Shown: positions 18,327 to 27,534, numbered from the stretch's first letter. The stretch: 64,000 nt of DNA from Allosphingosinicella sp. (GCA_045811485.1 JBJMTX010000021.1:18570-82569), one strand, 5' to 3'. Program-made: numbers and translations. The notes: generated from the letters alone by a model not told the origin.

Positions 18327-19022
18327 CTATCTAGGCGGTGCGCTTTTACTATCCAAGAGCAAACCGAGCAGGATGGCGCGAGTCTCGCCGTCGATCTTGC
18401 CGTCGAGCAGCTCGGGGCGGAAGCGGCGCTGGAAGGCGATCACCGCCGCCTTCGGGTCGTGGACGTCGTAGCCGTAGCGCTCGAGCGCCAGGAGGAAACC
18501 GCCGTCGGTCCATAAAGGATCGATCAGCTTCTCGGTTGGCCGCGGCATGGCGAGGCCGAGCTTGGCAAGCCGCGCCCAGTCGAACAATTCGCCCGGATCC
18601 TCCTTGCGGGTCGGGGCGATGTCGGAATGACCGACGACGTAGGGCGGCCGGATGGCGTGGCGCCGGACGATGTCCGCTACGAGCGGGATAAGGGCGTCCA
18701 TCTGCGGCTCGGGAAAGGGGCGGTAGCCGAATTCGTGGCCAGGATTGACGATCTCGATCCCGACGCTCGCCGAGTTGATGTCGGTCAGGCCCCGCCAGTA
18801 GGAGCGGCCGGCGTGCCAGGCGCGCTTCTCCTCGTCGACCATCCGAAGCACCTGCCCGTCCTCGGCGACGAGATAATGGCAGGAGACCTTCGCTGCCGGA
18901 TCGCGAAGCCTTTTGATCGCCAAATCGGCGTCTTCCATCCCGGTATAATGGAGGACCAGCATCGACACCGGCAGGTGGCGGTCATCGAAATTGGGGGAAG
19001 GACTTTCGATGATGCGGTCCAT
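18327..19022 (-). CDS. N-acetylmuramoyl-L-alanine amidase (AmpD/Amidase_2) with a PG-binding domain
   Basis: SPNFD, VLHYT, AWHAG, SVGIEIVNPG and GHSDIAP.RK.DPG motifs. Confidence 0.95.
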   Translation of the reverse strand: MDRIIESPSPNFDDRHLPVSMLVLHYTGMEDADLAIKRLRDPAAKVSCHYLVAEDGQVLRMVDEEKRAWHAGRSYWRGLTDINSASVGIEIVNPGHEFGYRPFPEPQMDALIPLVADIVRRHAIRPPYVVGHSDIAPTRKEDPGELFDWARLAKLGLAMPRPTEKLIDPLWTDGGFLLALERYGYDVHDPKAAVIAFQRRFRPELLDGKIDGETRAILLGLLLDSKSAPPR

Positions 19023-19053
19023 GTCCACTTCCCGCCGTAAAAAGGCGGGGACG

Positions 19054-19905
19054 TCAAGAGGCGGCGCGGCGCTCGCGGGCGCGATCGGGCGCGCGCACAT
19101 AGAGGCCGCGGCATTCGGGATCGGCGATAAAGGCGTCGGTCTGGCCGATCACCGTCTCGCCGGCGCCGAGCATCAGGGCGCCGTCGGGGGCGGCTGCGGA
19201 CTCGAGCCGGCCGAAGGCCGCGCGGCGGATCTCGGGGGAAAAATAGAGGAGGACGTTGCGGCACAAGATGATGTCGAACCGCCCGTCCGGAGCCCCCGGG
19301 CCGAGCAGGCTTCCGACCTCGAACCGCACCGAGCGCCGAAGCTCCGGCGAGATTCGCCACGCCTGGCCGGGAAACTCCTCGAACCAGCGCATCATCTGCA
19401 TCACCGAAAGCCCGCGCTGGACCTCGAACTGCGAATAGACGCCGCATTTCGCCTGGTCGATCGCGCCTCGCGCGACATCGGTGCCGAGTATGTCGATCGT
19501 CCACCCGCTCCAGCGCGCCTTCTGCTCGGCGAAGTGCATGGCGATCGAATAGGCCTCCTGGCCGGTCGAGCAGCCCGCGCACCAGATGGCGAGCCGGCGC
19601 TCGCGGCGGCGCGCCTTCTCGAGGCGGGCGAGGCCCGGCCCAAGCAGCAGCTCGAACGACTGCCGGTCGCGGAAGAAGAAGGTCTCGTTGTTGAGCAGGG
19701 CCTCGACCACCTCGTCGGCGATGCCCTCGTCGCTCCGGGCGATGAGCGTTGCCACCAGCTGGTCGAGCGAGGCGAGGCCGCGCTCGCGCATCAGCGGCTG
19801 GAGCGCGGTCTCGATCCGCCACCGCCGGCTCATCGTCAGTTGCTGGCCGGTACGGGCCTCGAGCAGGCCGGCGAGGATTCGGCTCGACGCGTCGCTCACC
19901 TGCAT
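19054..19905 (-). CDS. cheR: Chemotaxis methyltransferase CheR
   Basis: NNETFFFRD, WCAGCSTGQEAYS and DIILCRNVLLYF motifs. Confidence 0.97.
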   Translation of the reverse strand: MQVSDASSRILAGLLEARTGQQLTMSRRWRIETALQPLMRERGLASLDQLVATLIARSDEGIADEVVEALLNNETFFFRDRQSFELLLGPGLARLEKARRRERRLAIWCAGCSTGQEAYSIAMHFAEQKARWSGWTIDILGTDVARGAIDQAKCGVYSQFEVQRGLSVMQMMRWFEEFPGQAWRISPELRRSVRFEVGSLLGPGAPDGRFDIILCRNVLLYFSPEIRRAAFGRLESAAAPDGALMLGAGETVIGQTDAFIADPECRGLYVRAPDRARERRAAS

Positions 19906-20969
19906 GCGGCGGCCTCCATCCGACCGGCGATGCAGGCGGCGATCTCCGCCGGCGGAAGGACGGCCGAGGCGAGGCCGGCTTCGGCGACCACACGGGGCAT
20001 GCCCCAGACGGCGGCGCTGGCGCGATCCTGGGCGAGCATGGTTCCGCCGCTCTCGACGAGGAGGCGGCTTCCGGCGAGGCCGTCGCGGCCCATTCCGCTC
20101 AGCATCACGCCGATCGCCCCGCCGCCATAGATCCGGGCGACGGCCTCCAGCATGACGTCGACCGAAGGCAGGCAGCCGGCGGGCGCCGGGTTGCGATCGA
20201 GGCGGATCAGGACGCTGTCGCCCTGTCGCTCGAGGACGAGATGCGCATCGCCGGGCGCGAGGATTATCTCTTCCGGCACGAGCGCCCGGCCCGGCTCCGC
20301 GACCGTCACGGTTCGGCCGGAGGCGGCCTCGAGCTGACGGGCGAAGAAAGGCACGAAGACCGTCGGCAGATGCTGGGTGATGAGGATCGGAACCCCGATC
20401 CGCGCCGGCAGCGCCCGAAGCAAGGCGGTGACGGCGTGAAGGCCGCCGGTCGAGGCGCCGATGGCGAGGCAGCTCATCTTCGACTCCGCCGGAGCCTCGA
20501 CGGCGATCACCGGCTCGGCGGCGCTTCGCCGGCGGCCGATGCCCCGAAGCCGGCCGGCGAGCACTTCGGAGAAACGGCCGTTGAAGCTTTCGGCGCCGGG
20601 CTTTGAGAGAGTCTCGACGGCGCCGGGCGCGAGCTCGCCGACCGCGGCGTCGACGCCCCGGTTGCAGAAGGAGGAAACGATGAGGACGCGCGCCCCCCGC
20701 CCTTCCCGGACGATCTCAGGCAAAGCCTCGACACCGGTGGCGCCGGGCATCTCGACGTCGAGCAGGACGATGTCCACCACCGTCTCGCGAAGCAGCCGGA
20801 GCGCCTCGCCGGCGTCGCTCGCGGTGGCGACGATCTCGAAATCGGGGAAGGTCGCCAGCATCCGCGACAGCACCGCCCGGGCCACCTGCGAATCGTCGAC
20901 GATCATCAGCCTCAGCGGGGATTGGCCCGGTACCGGATCCCCCGCCGCGCGGGCGGCGGAGCGGGTCAC
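19896..20969 (-). CDS. cheB: Chemotaxis methylesterase CheB
   Basis: Receiver (IVDDS, LLDVEMP) plus GASTGG, TQH and SGMGRDG catalytic motifs. Confidence 0.95.
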   Translation of the reverse strand: MTRSAARAAGDPVPGQSPLRLMIVDDSQVARAVLSRMLATFPDFEIVATASDAGEALRLLRETVVDIVLLDVEMPGATGVEALPEIVREGRGARVLIVSSFCNRGVDAAVGELAPGAVETLSKPGAESFNGRFSEVLAGRLRGIGRRRSAAEPVIAVEAPAESKMSCLAIGASTGGLHAVTALLRALPARIGVPILITQHLPTVFVPFFARQLEAASGRTVTVAEPGRALVPEEIILAPGDAHLVLERQGDSVLIRLDRNPAPAGCLPSVDVMLEAVARIYGGGAIGVMLSGMGRDGLAGSRLLVESGGTMLAQDRASAAVWGMPRVVAEAGLASAVLPPAEIAACIAGRMEAAACR

Positions 20970-21331
20970 GCGACCCCGACGATCTGCAGCTTGCTTTCGA
21001 GCGTCTCGCGATCGAACGGCTTCATCACATATTCGTCCGCGCCGGCGTCGATCGCGGCGCGGATGTGGGCGGCGTCGTTCTCGGTCGTGCAGAAGACGAC
21101 CTTGGGCTGAGCCTCGAACTTCTTCTGGCGCAGCGTCCGGAGGAACTCCATCCCGCCCATCACCGGCATGTTCCAGTCGAGCAGGACGACGTCCGGCATG
21201 TGAACCTCGCAGCGGGAGAGGGCTTCGCGGCCGTCCTCCGCCTCGTCGACGGAGAAATCGAGCGTTTCGAGTATGTGCCTGGCGACCTTTCGGATCACCT
21301 TCGAATCGTCGACGACTAGACAGCTTTTCAT
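20966..21331 (-). CDS. cheY: Chemotaxis response regulator CheY
   Basis: MKSCLVVDDS...LLDWNMP...YVMKPF. Confidence 0.95.
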   Translation of the reverse strand: MKSCLVVDDSKVIRKVARHILETLDFSVDEAEDGREALSRCEVHMPDVVLLDWNMPVMGGMEFLRTLRQKKFEAQPKVVFCTTENDAAHIRAAIDAGADEYVMKPFDRETLESKLQIVGVA

Positions 21332-21394
21332 GGTCGCTCTCGCTCGTTTGTGCGGCCTGTCTAGCCGCAAATCGTAATCACGCCCTTAAGGCGC

Positions 21395-21829
21395 TCAGGC
21401 GGGTTCGCGCGCCGGGCCGGCGATCAAAGCCTCGACGTCGGCCAGGAGAAGCAGGTCGCCTTCGGCCTCGACCGTCCCGCGGCCGATCCGCCGCCAACCG
21501 CCGTGAAGCGAGGCGGCCGGGGCGCGGGATTCCGCTTTCGCCTCGACGACGTCCTCGACGGCCTCGACCAGCAAGGCATAGGGATGGCCGTCGACGACGG
21601 CCATGACGGCCTCGCTGGCGCTTTCGTCGAGCCGCCGCGAGGGATCGAGCGAGGCGAGACAGTCGATCACGGTCAGCACCCGGCTTCGAAGGGCGGCGAG
21701 CCCGGCGACATGGGCTGGAGCCCCCGGCACCGGGGTCAGGGCCTCGATCTCGACGACCGATTCCACCTCGGCCGCGCGAAGGGCGATGCGCTCCCCGGCG
21801 AGCCGGACGATGAGCAGAAGCTCAGCCAT
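21395..21829 (-). CDS. cheW: Chemotaxis coupling protein CheW
   Basis: MAELLLIV...LTPVPGAPAHVAGLAALRSRVLTVID. Confidence 0.92.
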   Translation of the reverse strand: MAELLLIVRLAGERIALRAAEVESVVEIEALTPVPGAPAHVAGLAALRSRVLTVIDCLASLDPSRRLDESASEAVMAVVDGHPYALLVEAVEDVVEAKAESRAPAASLHGGWRRIGRGTVEAEGDLLLLADVEALIAGPAREPA

Positions 21830-24182
21830 GCCGGCGCCTCCGTCCCGCGGTCGGCTTGCCGGCGATCGCGGCGAGCAGGGCTTCGCGATCATAGCGATGA
21901 ATGCTTCCATCCTCCTCGGAGAGCGGTTCGGGACCGTTGCGTATGCGGACGACGCGCGAGGCGCCCGGAAGCTCTGGCGCGGCGCCGTCGTCGGCGCTGA
22001 CGATCGCGACGGCGGCCGCTTCGCTCCGCCCGGAGCCGAGAGCGACGACCTCATAGCCCGCGCCTTCGAGCAAAGGCCGAAGGATCGCCTCCATGAACGG
22101 ATCGCCGCTCGGAATGGCGCAGATCGGCCGCTCAACCTGGCGGGGCCCCTGCCCTCCGTGGCGGGCGAACAGCCAGTGAAGATCGAGCAATTCGGCCTGT
22201 TCCGGGCCGACCCGGACGACTCCCCGGACCTCGCCCGGCTCGGCGGCGGCGATGAGGCCGCCCGGAAGCGGGATGATGTCGACGACCTCGGCGAAGCCGT
22301 AGGCGATCTCCGCCGCTCCGTCGCTGAGGCGGAGAAGACGGATCGGGCGCTCCGGCGCCGTCGTTCCGCAGCCTTCGAGCGGAAGCAGGGCCTCGCCGAC
22401 GCAGACGTGGAGACGCCCGGCGCTGAGCCGGACCGAGTCCGCGGCGACGTCCTCGATGCGCTGGACGGCCGCGACCGGCACCAGCCGCTTGCGCCCGTCG
22501 AGGGTGGCGAAGAGCAGGGCGGCGGGGCCTTCGCTTTCCGCGCTTGCGGGGCGAGAGACCAATTCGGGTTCGGAATGCTCGCGATGAAGGGCCAGCCTCG
22601 CCTTGGCGGCGATTCCGGGCGGATCGAGCAGAAGGACGGGCTTGCCGTCGTCGGCGATGGTGGTTCCGGCATAGAGGCCGATCGCCATCACGGCGGGCGC
22701 CGCGGGCTTCACCACCAGCTCCTCATGATCGTGAATATGGTCGACCGCGAGCGCGTAGAGATCGGCGCCGGCCGGCTTGAGCAGAACCAGGCTCTGGGCC
22801 GCCGGATCCTCGGCTTCGCCGCGGCCCAGCGCCTCGCGCAGATAGACGAGCGGCACCCGGCGGCCGCGGATGGTGGCGACGGTGCCCCCGCCGACCTGCT
22901 CGACCCGCACGCCGCCGCCCTTGACCCGGACGATCTCCTCGATCGCCGAGCGAGGGATGGCGTAGACCTGGCCGGCGGCGCGGACGGTGAGGGCGGGAAT
23001 GATGGTGAGGGTGAGCGGGACCTTGAGGGTGAGGCAGACGCCCTGCCCCAGCCGGCTCTCGACCTCGACGAGGCCTCCGATCCGCTCGATATTGGCCCGG
23101 ACGACGTCCATCCCGACGCCCCGGCCCGAAAGGTCGGTCACCTCGGCGGCGGTGGAAAGTCCCGGCTCGAACACCAGGGCCGTCTTCTGAGCTTCGCTGA
23201 GGCGTTCGGCGCGCTCGGGCGTGAGGATTTCGGCGGCGAGGGCCTTCCGGACGAGCTTCTCGCCGTCGATCCCGCGGCCGTCGTCGGAGATCTCGAGCAA
23301 TATCTGGTTTCCGGCCTGGCGGGCGCAGACGCGAAGGCAGCCCGTCTCGGCCTTGCCCGCCCGCTTGCGCTGCGCCGGGGCCTCGATCCCGTGGTCGACG
23401 GCGTTGCGGATCATGTGGGTCAAAGGATCGCGGATCATCTCGATCATCTCGCGATCGATCTCGACGTCCCCGCCGTCCATCTCGAGCGCGACCTGCTTGC
23501 CGGTCTGGCCGCACAGGTCGCGGACCATTCGCGGAAGCGGCGCGAAGAGGTTGTCGATCCGCTGCATTCGGGTTCGGGTGACGGCCTCGCGAAGGTCGGC
23601 GATGGTCGCGGAAACCCGGTCGAACGCCGTCTCAAGCTCCGTGCCGGCGCCGCGCTCGCGGATCCGGCGGGAGAGCTCGTTGCGGGCGAGCACGAGGTCG
23701 GAGACCCCGCTCATCATCCGGTCGAGCAGCTCGACGGGAAGCCGGATCGTCCGGCTCGAGGATTTCGCGGCGTGGCTGGCGGGCGCGGCTTCGGTCTCGG
23801 CGGTCTCGACGGGCGCGTTCTCGGCCAGCGCCTCGATCAGGGCGCTGTCGTCCTCGCTGGCGAGGGCCTCGCCGGTCTCGAGCGCCTCGACCAGCTCGCC
23901 GAGGCGGTCGATGACGGCGAGGACGGCGCTGACCAGGGCCGCGTCGGGCTCGCGCGTCCCCGAGCGGACGGCGGCGAGCGCATCCTCGGCGGCATGGCTG
24001 AGGGCGCGGATCCTGGGCAGGTCGAAGAAGCCGCTATTGCCTTTGACGGTGTGGACGAAGCGGAAGATCTCGTCGAGCCGGGCACGATCGTCCGGCGCCC
24101 CTTCCCACGCGACGATCTCCCCGGAGAGCGCTTCGAGCATCTCCCGGGTCTCGGCGATGAAATCGTTGATGAGATCGTCCAT
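21822..24182 (-). CDS. cheA: Chemotaxis histidine kinase CheA (HPt, HATPase, CheW-like domains, degenerate C-terminal receiver)
   Basis: FRFVHTVKG, HMIRNAVDHGIE and SGRGVGMDVV motifs. Confidence 0.97.
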   Translation of the reverse strand: MDDLINDFIAETREMLEALSGEIVAWEGAPDDRARLDEIFRFVHTVKGNSGFFDLPRIRALSHAAEDALAAVRSGTREPDAALVSAVLAVIDRLGELVEALETGEALASEDDSALIEALAENAPVETAETEAAPASHAAKSSSRTIRLPVELLDRMMSGVSDLVLARNELSRRIRERGAGTELETAFDRVSATIADLREAVTRTRMQRIDNLFAPLPRMVRDLCGQTGKQVALEMDGGDVEIDREMIEMIRDPLTHMIRNAVDHGIEAPAQRKRAGKAETGCLRVCARQAGNQILLEISDDGRGIDGEKLVRKALAAEILTPERAERLSEAQKTALVFEPGLSTAAEVTDLSGRGVGMDVVRANIERIGGLVEVESRLGQGVCLTLKVPLTLTIIPALTVRAAGQVYAIPRSAIEEIVRVKGGGVRVEQVGGGTVATIRGRRVPLVYLREALGRGEAEDPAAQSLVLLKPAGADLYALAVDHIHDHEELVVKPAAPAVMAIGLYAGTTIADDGKPVLLLDPPGIAAKARLALHREHSEPELVSRPASAESEGPAALLFATLDGRKRLVPVAAVQRIEDVAADSVRLSAGRLHVCVGEALLPLEGCGTTAPERPIRLLRLSDGAAEIAYGFAEVVDIIPLPGGLIAAAEPGEVRGVVRVGPEQAELLDLHWLFARHGGQGPRQVERPICAIPSGDPFMEAILRPLLEGAGYEVVALGSGRSEAAAVAIVSADDGAAPELPGASRVVRIRNGPEPLSEEDGSIHRYDREALLAAIAGKPTAGRRRRHG

Positions 24183-24223
24183 CGGCCCCGCGCACCTGTC
24201 GGGACGACGCTTAGGAGCGGATG

Positions 24224-24239
24224 GTTAAGGAGGTGTTTA
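24224..24239 (-). promoter_or_regulatory. CtrA-like box upstream of cheA
   Basis: Minus strand TAAA-N7-TTAAC(CAT) against TTAA-N7-TTAAC, one mismatch. Confidence 0.55.
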
Positions 24240-24243
24240 CGCC

Positions 24244-24277
24244 CGTCATCCCGGCGAAAGCCGGGACCCAGGAACAC
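24244..24277 (+). repeat. Single CGTC REP arm left of the GIY-YIG gene
   Basis: CGTCATCCCGGCGAAAGCCGGGACCCAGGAACAC; 33/34 identical to 24645-24678. Confidence 0.92.
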
Positions 24278-24326
24278 CGCGCTGCCATCGCTTTCACCCG
24301 ACGGCGGCCCATGTTAGTGGAAACCG

Positions 24327-24698
24327 ATGGGCGGGCACGTCTATATCCTCGCAAGCCGAAAACACGGCACGCTCTACATCGGCGTCACCTCCGACCTTCC
24401 GAAACGCATTTACGAGCATCGCGTGGACGCGGTGCCAGGATTCACCCGCCGCTACGGCGTCAAGCGGCTCGTCTATTTCGAAACGTTCGATGACATCGAA
24501 GCCGCGATCGTGCGCGAGAAGCGAATGAAGGAATGGCAGCGCAGCTGGAAAATCCAGCTGATCGAGCGCGCCAATCCCGACTGGACCGATCTCGCCGTGA
24601 AGCTCCTGGGCTTCGAACCGCTTCCGTCGCCGCCGGTCCTCCACCGTCATCCCGGCGAAAGCCGGGACCCAAGAACACGAAAATACCCGATCCGATGA
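24327..24698 (+). CDS. Small stand-alone GIY-YIG nuclease
   Basis: GHVYILAS...TLYIGVTSDLPKRIYEH; LVYFE; AIVREKRMK; LIERANPDW. Confidence 0.95.
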   Translation: MGGHVYILASRKHGTLYIGVTSDLPKRIYEHRVDAVPGFTRRYGVKRLVYFETFDDIEAAIVREKRMKEWQRSWKIQLIERANPDWTDLAVKLLGFEPLPSPPVLHRHPGESRDPRTRKYPIR

Positions 24699-24759
24699 GG
24701 GCGCTTGCTCGCTACGGAGAAGCCTTCGTTCCTGGGTCCCGGCTTCCGCCGGGATGACG
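24645..24759. repeat. CGTC REP dimer right of the GIY-YIG gene (family A)
   Basis: CGTCATCCCGGCGAAAGCCGGGACCCAAGAACAC...GTTCCTGGGTCCCGGCTTCCGCCGGGATGACG. Confidence 0.93.
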
Positions 24760-25395
24760 TCAGGTGGGAATCGCCGCGCCGATGAGGAGCGTCCCCTCCT
24801 CCTGGTCGGCGACCTGGACCTCGCCGCCGCATTCGTCGAGCAGGCTGTGGACCAGCCAGGCGGCGGCGCCGCGCGGGGCGATCGATTCTTCGCTGCTCTC
24901 GCCGAGCAGGGCGCGCTTCAGCTCCGGATCGAGGACGATCCGGGGCCCGTCGGCGCGGACGACGATGTCGAGGCCGGAATCGTGCTTCTCGGCGCCGACG
25001 TCGAGCCGGCCGCCGCGGACGAGGGCGTCGCCGGCGATGAGGACGAGGTTCAAGAGGATCTTGAGCGCCGACTTGCTCATCGTCGGCTCGTCGACCATCC
25101 AGCCCAACTGGATCCGGCCGTCGCCGCCGAACAGCCCCTCGATCGCCACCCGCGCCTCGCGCGTGTCGACCTCGTCGCCGAAGCCGCCCGCGGCGCCGAA
25201 CGCCAGGCGGAAGAATTTGAGCTTGTTGGCGCTGGCCCGAGCGCTCTCCCCGAGCAGGTCCATGCAGCGCGCCCGCATCTCGGGATCATGCTCGTCGGCG
25301 AGCAATTCGATGCCGTTGTTGAGCGCCCCGACCGGTGACAGCAGATCGTGGCAAAGACGTGAGCACAGCAGGCTGGCAAATTCGTGGGATTTCAT
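24760..25395 (-). CDS. chpT: Histidine phosphotransferase ChpT
   Basis: ASLLCSRLCHDLLSPVGALNNGIELL and KLKFFRLAFG motifs. Confidence 0.95.
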   Translation of the reverse strand: MKSHEFASLLCSRLCHDLLSPVGALNNGIELLADEHDPEMRARCMDLLGESARASANKLKFFRLAFGAAGGFGDEVDTREARVAIEGLFGGDGRIQLGWMVDEPTMSKSALKILLNLVLIAGDALVRGGRLDVGAEKHDSGLDIVVRADGPRIVLDPELKRALLGESSEESIAPRGAAAWLVHSLLDECGGEVQVADQEEGTLLIGAAIPT

Positions 25396-25657
25396 GGCGA
25401 TTGGAGCCCCTGTCGCGCCGGTTTCACCCCTATTGGCCGGATGGGAATCGAGTTGCAAGGCGGGACGGGTGGCCGGGGCGGAAGCGAAGGCGGATCGGCC
25501 CAATGCCCGGGCGCGCGGCAGTGTCCCGATGTGGATTTTAGAGCGAGTCGGATGGATGACGGCCTGCGCCAGTTTGGCCGTGACGCTGCCAGCGGGTCCT
25601 CCTAAAAGCAGACCTTGGCGTGTAATTCTGCTCAAGGGCTCAAAAATCTGCAGCCTT

Positions 25658-26965
25658 TCAGGCGACTTCGAGCTGGTCGTCTAACGTCTCAGGCGGCAGC
25701 ACATACTTATAGACAAGCAGATTCCGAACCACATGAGGATGGACATGGAATGCTTCCGCGCATGCTCGGATGTCCTCTGATTTCGGGTTATCGAAATCCA
25801 CAAACTCCCGTACGCCGCGAAGCGGACAAAGGAAACTCTGTGCAAAAGCGCGCTGAAACTTCTGACGGTCGGACTTCGCGGAGCTGATCGGGCCGAATGC
25901 AGATTCGTCTGTCCAAATCGCATCGCCAAGCAATCGAGACACTTCGAAGCGAACCGCATCCGTTCGCGTGGAGATGAGAGTGACCTTCTGCTTGGATTGT
26001 GTAGTGCGCAGCCTAGTAGCATAGGGTAGATTCCGCCCTGTCTCGGTGGTTGCCTTCAGATCGTCCCAACGAGCGAGCAGCAAGTCTGAGAGTGATTTAT
26101 CACTGATCGGAGCGGAGTGAAGGCCGAAGCCATCACGAAGTTGGGACGCAGCTAGTTCGGCAAGCTGCCATGGGCTCGGGTAAGCCAGTTCTGTTTTTGA
26201 GAGATCGACGCGCTCCGCAAGTTTGAAGTCGAGCACGACGTCGGATGCTTCGGAAGCAGCAATCGCGCTCTCCAGTATATCAGCCGAATGGGCCCCCTGC
26301 GCCGCGATAGCGGCCTCCTCCAGATCGCGCTCATTGAGCCGATCCGAGATTGCTAGAAAGCGTTCGACAACTTCACTTGGCGCCTCATCGGCATCATATC
26401 CAAGGCAGGCTTCCAGCCGCCGCCATGCCGTGAGCTCCGGTTCTTTGCGTTCGACTACGAGCTGATCGACAAGCTCGCGCAGAACCGGGGCGTCATTCGA
26501 GTGCGCGCAACTTTCTAGCACGAGGTTGAAGAAGTTATCGATCCCGACCTCGAATTGCGAGGCCTGGATCGTCCGGACGCGCGTATCGAGGTAGCGCAGC
26601 TTCGCGGCCGCGTGCTGCCGGCTAAGGCTTGGAGCGAAGGTTACACGATCACCCCCGGAATAGATCATAACAGGGGGCCATTGCGTGCCGCCGGAGGCCG
26701 CGCTCAGCTCATGGCGCATGCGCCAGTCAACGGACGGAAGACTGGTATTATCAACGGGTTCGCAGCGAAGCCGCCACCAATTATCAGCAAACCATAAGCT
26801 CAGACTTACAGCCGATGCTCGAAAGTATTCGCGATTTGTATTCGATTCGAGATCTGCGATCCGCGTTAATATTTCATCGCCAAGGCGAATAGAAATCTCA
26901 GCGACATCTGCTTGGCGCTCACTCGGCTCCGGCCATGAGGCTGAAATTTCGAAGTAGCCGCTCAT
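25658..26965 (-). CDS. Hypothetical 435-aa protein with a degenerate ImmA/IrrE-like C-terminal domain
   Basis: ATG at 26965 overlaps the upstream stop (ATGA); RFEVSRLLGD...RQKFQRAFAQSFLCP resembles the M78 pattern without HExxH; lower GC and atypical codon usage. Confidence 0.75.
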   Translation of the reverse strand: MSGYFEISASWPEPSERQADVAEISIRLGDEILTRIADLESNTNREYFRASAVSLSLWFADNWWRLRCEPVDNTSLPSVDWRMRHELSAASGGTQWPPVMIYSGGDRVTFAPSLSRQHAAAKLRYLDTRVRTIQASQFEVGIDNFFNLVLESCAHSNDAPVLRELVDQLVVERKEPELTAWRRLEACLGYDADEAPSEVVERFLAISDRLNERDLEEAAIAAQGAHSADILESAIAASEASDVVLDFKLAERVDLSKTELAYPSPWQLAELAASQLRDGFGLHSAPISDKSLSDLLLARWDDLKATTETGRNLPYATRLRTTQSKQKVTLISTRTDAVRFEVSRLLGDAIWTDESAFGPISSAKSDRQKFQRAFAQSFLCPLRGVREFVDFDNPKSEDIRACAEAFHVHPHVVRNLLVYKYVLPPETLDDQLEVA

Positions 26966-27534
26966 CTGCCGTATCGTCCCTGTGCTGCATCTGCCAGCGT
27001 AATCGCCGCCTGCACCGTCATGGCGAGTCTTTGCGTTATCACCGCTGAGTCTCGCGCGTAAGCCCAATCACGGAATCGTGAAATTACTTTAATCGCGACT
27101 GGATCGCCAGGAAGCAGGGGATAGCCATGGTAAAGCGCTTGCCCCTCATTGGTAAGCCGAGCCTCGTATACCCAGCCATTGTCGTCGATGGACCATAGCA
27201 ATCGAGGAACCCCCTTGGCCTCCGCTTCGCTTGTAAGTCCTGCGACGATCCCTCGCTTTATCAAACCGGGAACGCGTTTCATGTCATCCGGCGTAAAACC
27301 GGCATGCTCGTCGCAATATGTTGGATCGTCCGAAATGCCAGGAATAGGCTCCAGACCGAAGGCCCGCGGATTGCGCTTGTGTTTGGCGTAAGGCTGGTGG
27401 CGCGCCTGCGCGCTCAACGCATCCAATGCATCGTCGCCGAGCGGGGGCGTGCGGAGCCGGCGCTTCACATTCGTGCCATGGCGCTCGGCGTTCGTTCTCG
27501 TGGGTGGACGCCGACCGGTCATTCGCGAGGGCAT
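26962..27534 (-). CDS. Hypothetical 190-aa protein (possible toxin or nuclease)
   Basis: YAKHKRNP...TYCDEHA...WSIDDNGWVYEARLTN...YHGYPL; translationally coupled to the next gene. Confidence 0.75.
   Translation of the reverse strand: MPSRMTGRRPPTRTNAERHGTNVKRRLRTPPLGDDALDALSAQARHQPYAKHKRNPRAFGLEPIPGISDDPTYCDEHAGFTPDDMKRVPGLIKRGIVAGLTSEAEAKGVPRLLWSIDDNGWVYEARLTNEGQALYHGYPLLPGDPVAIKVISRFRDWAYARDSAVITQRLAMTVQAAITLADAAQGRYGR

Noticed and set aside
24184-24209. Possible decayed REP arm ending GGGACGACG just upstream of cheA
   Set aside because: The stem is too degenerate to call; worth rechecking with a family profile.
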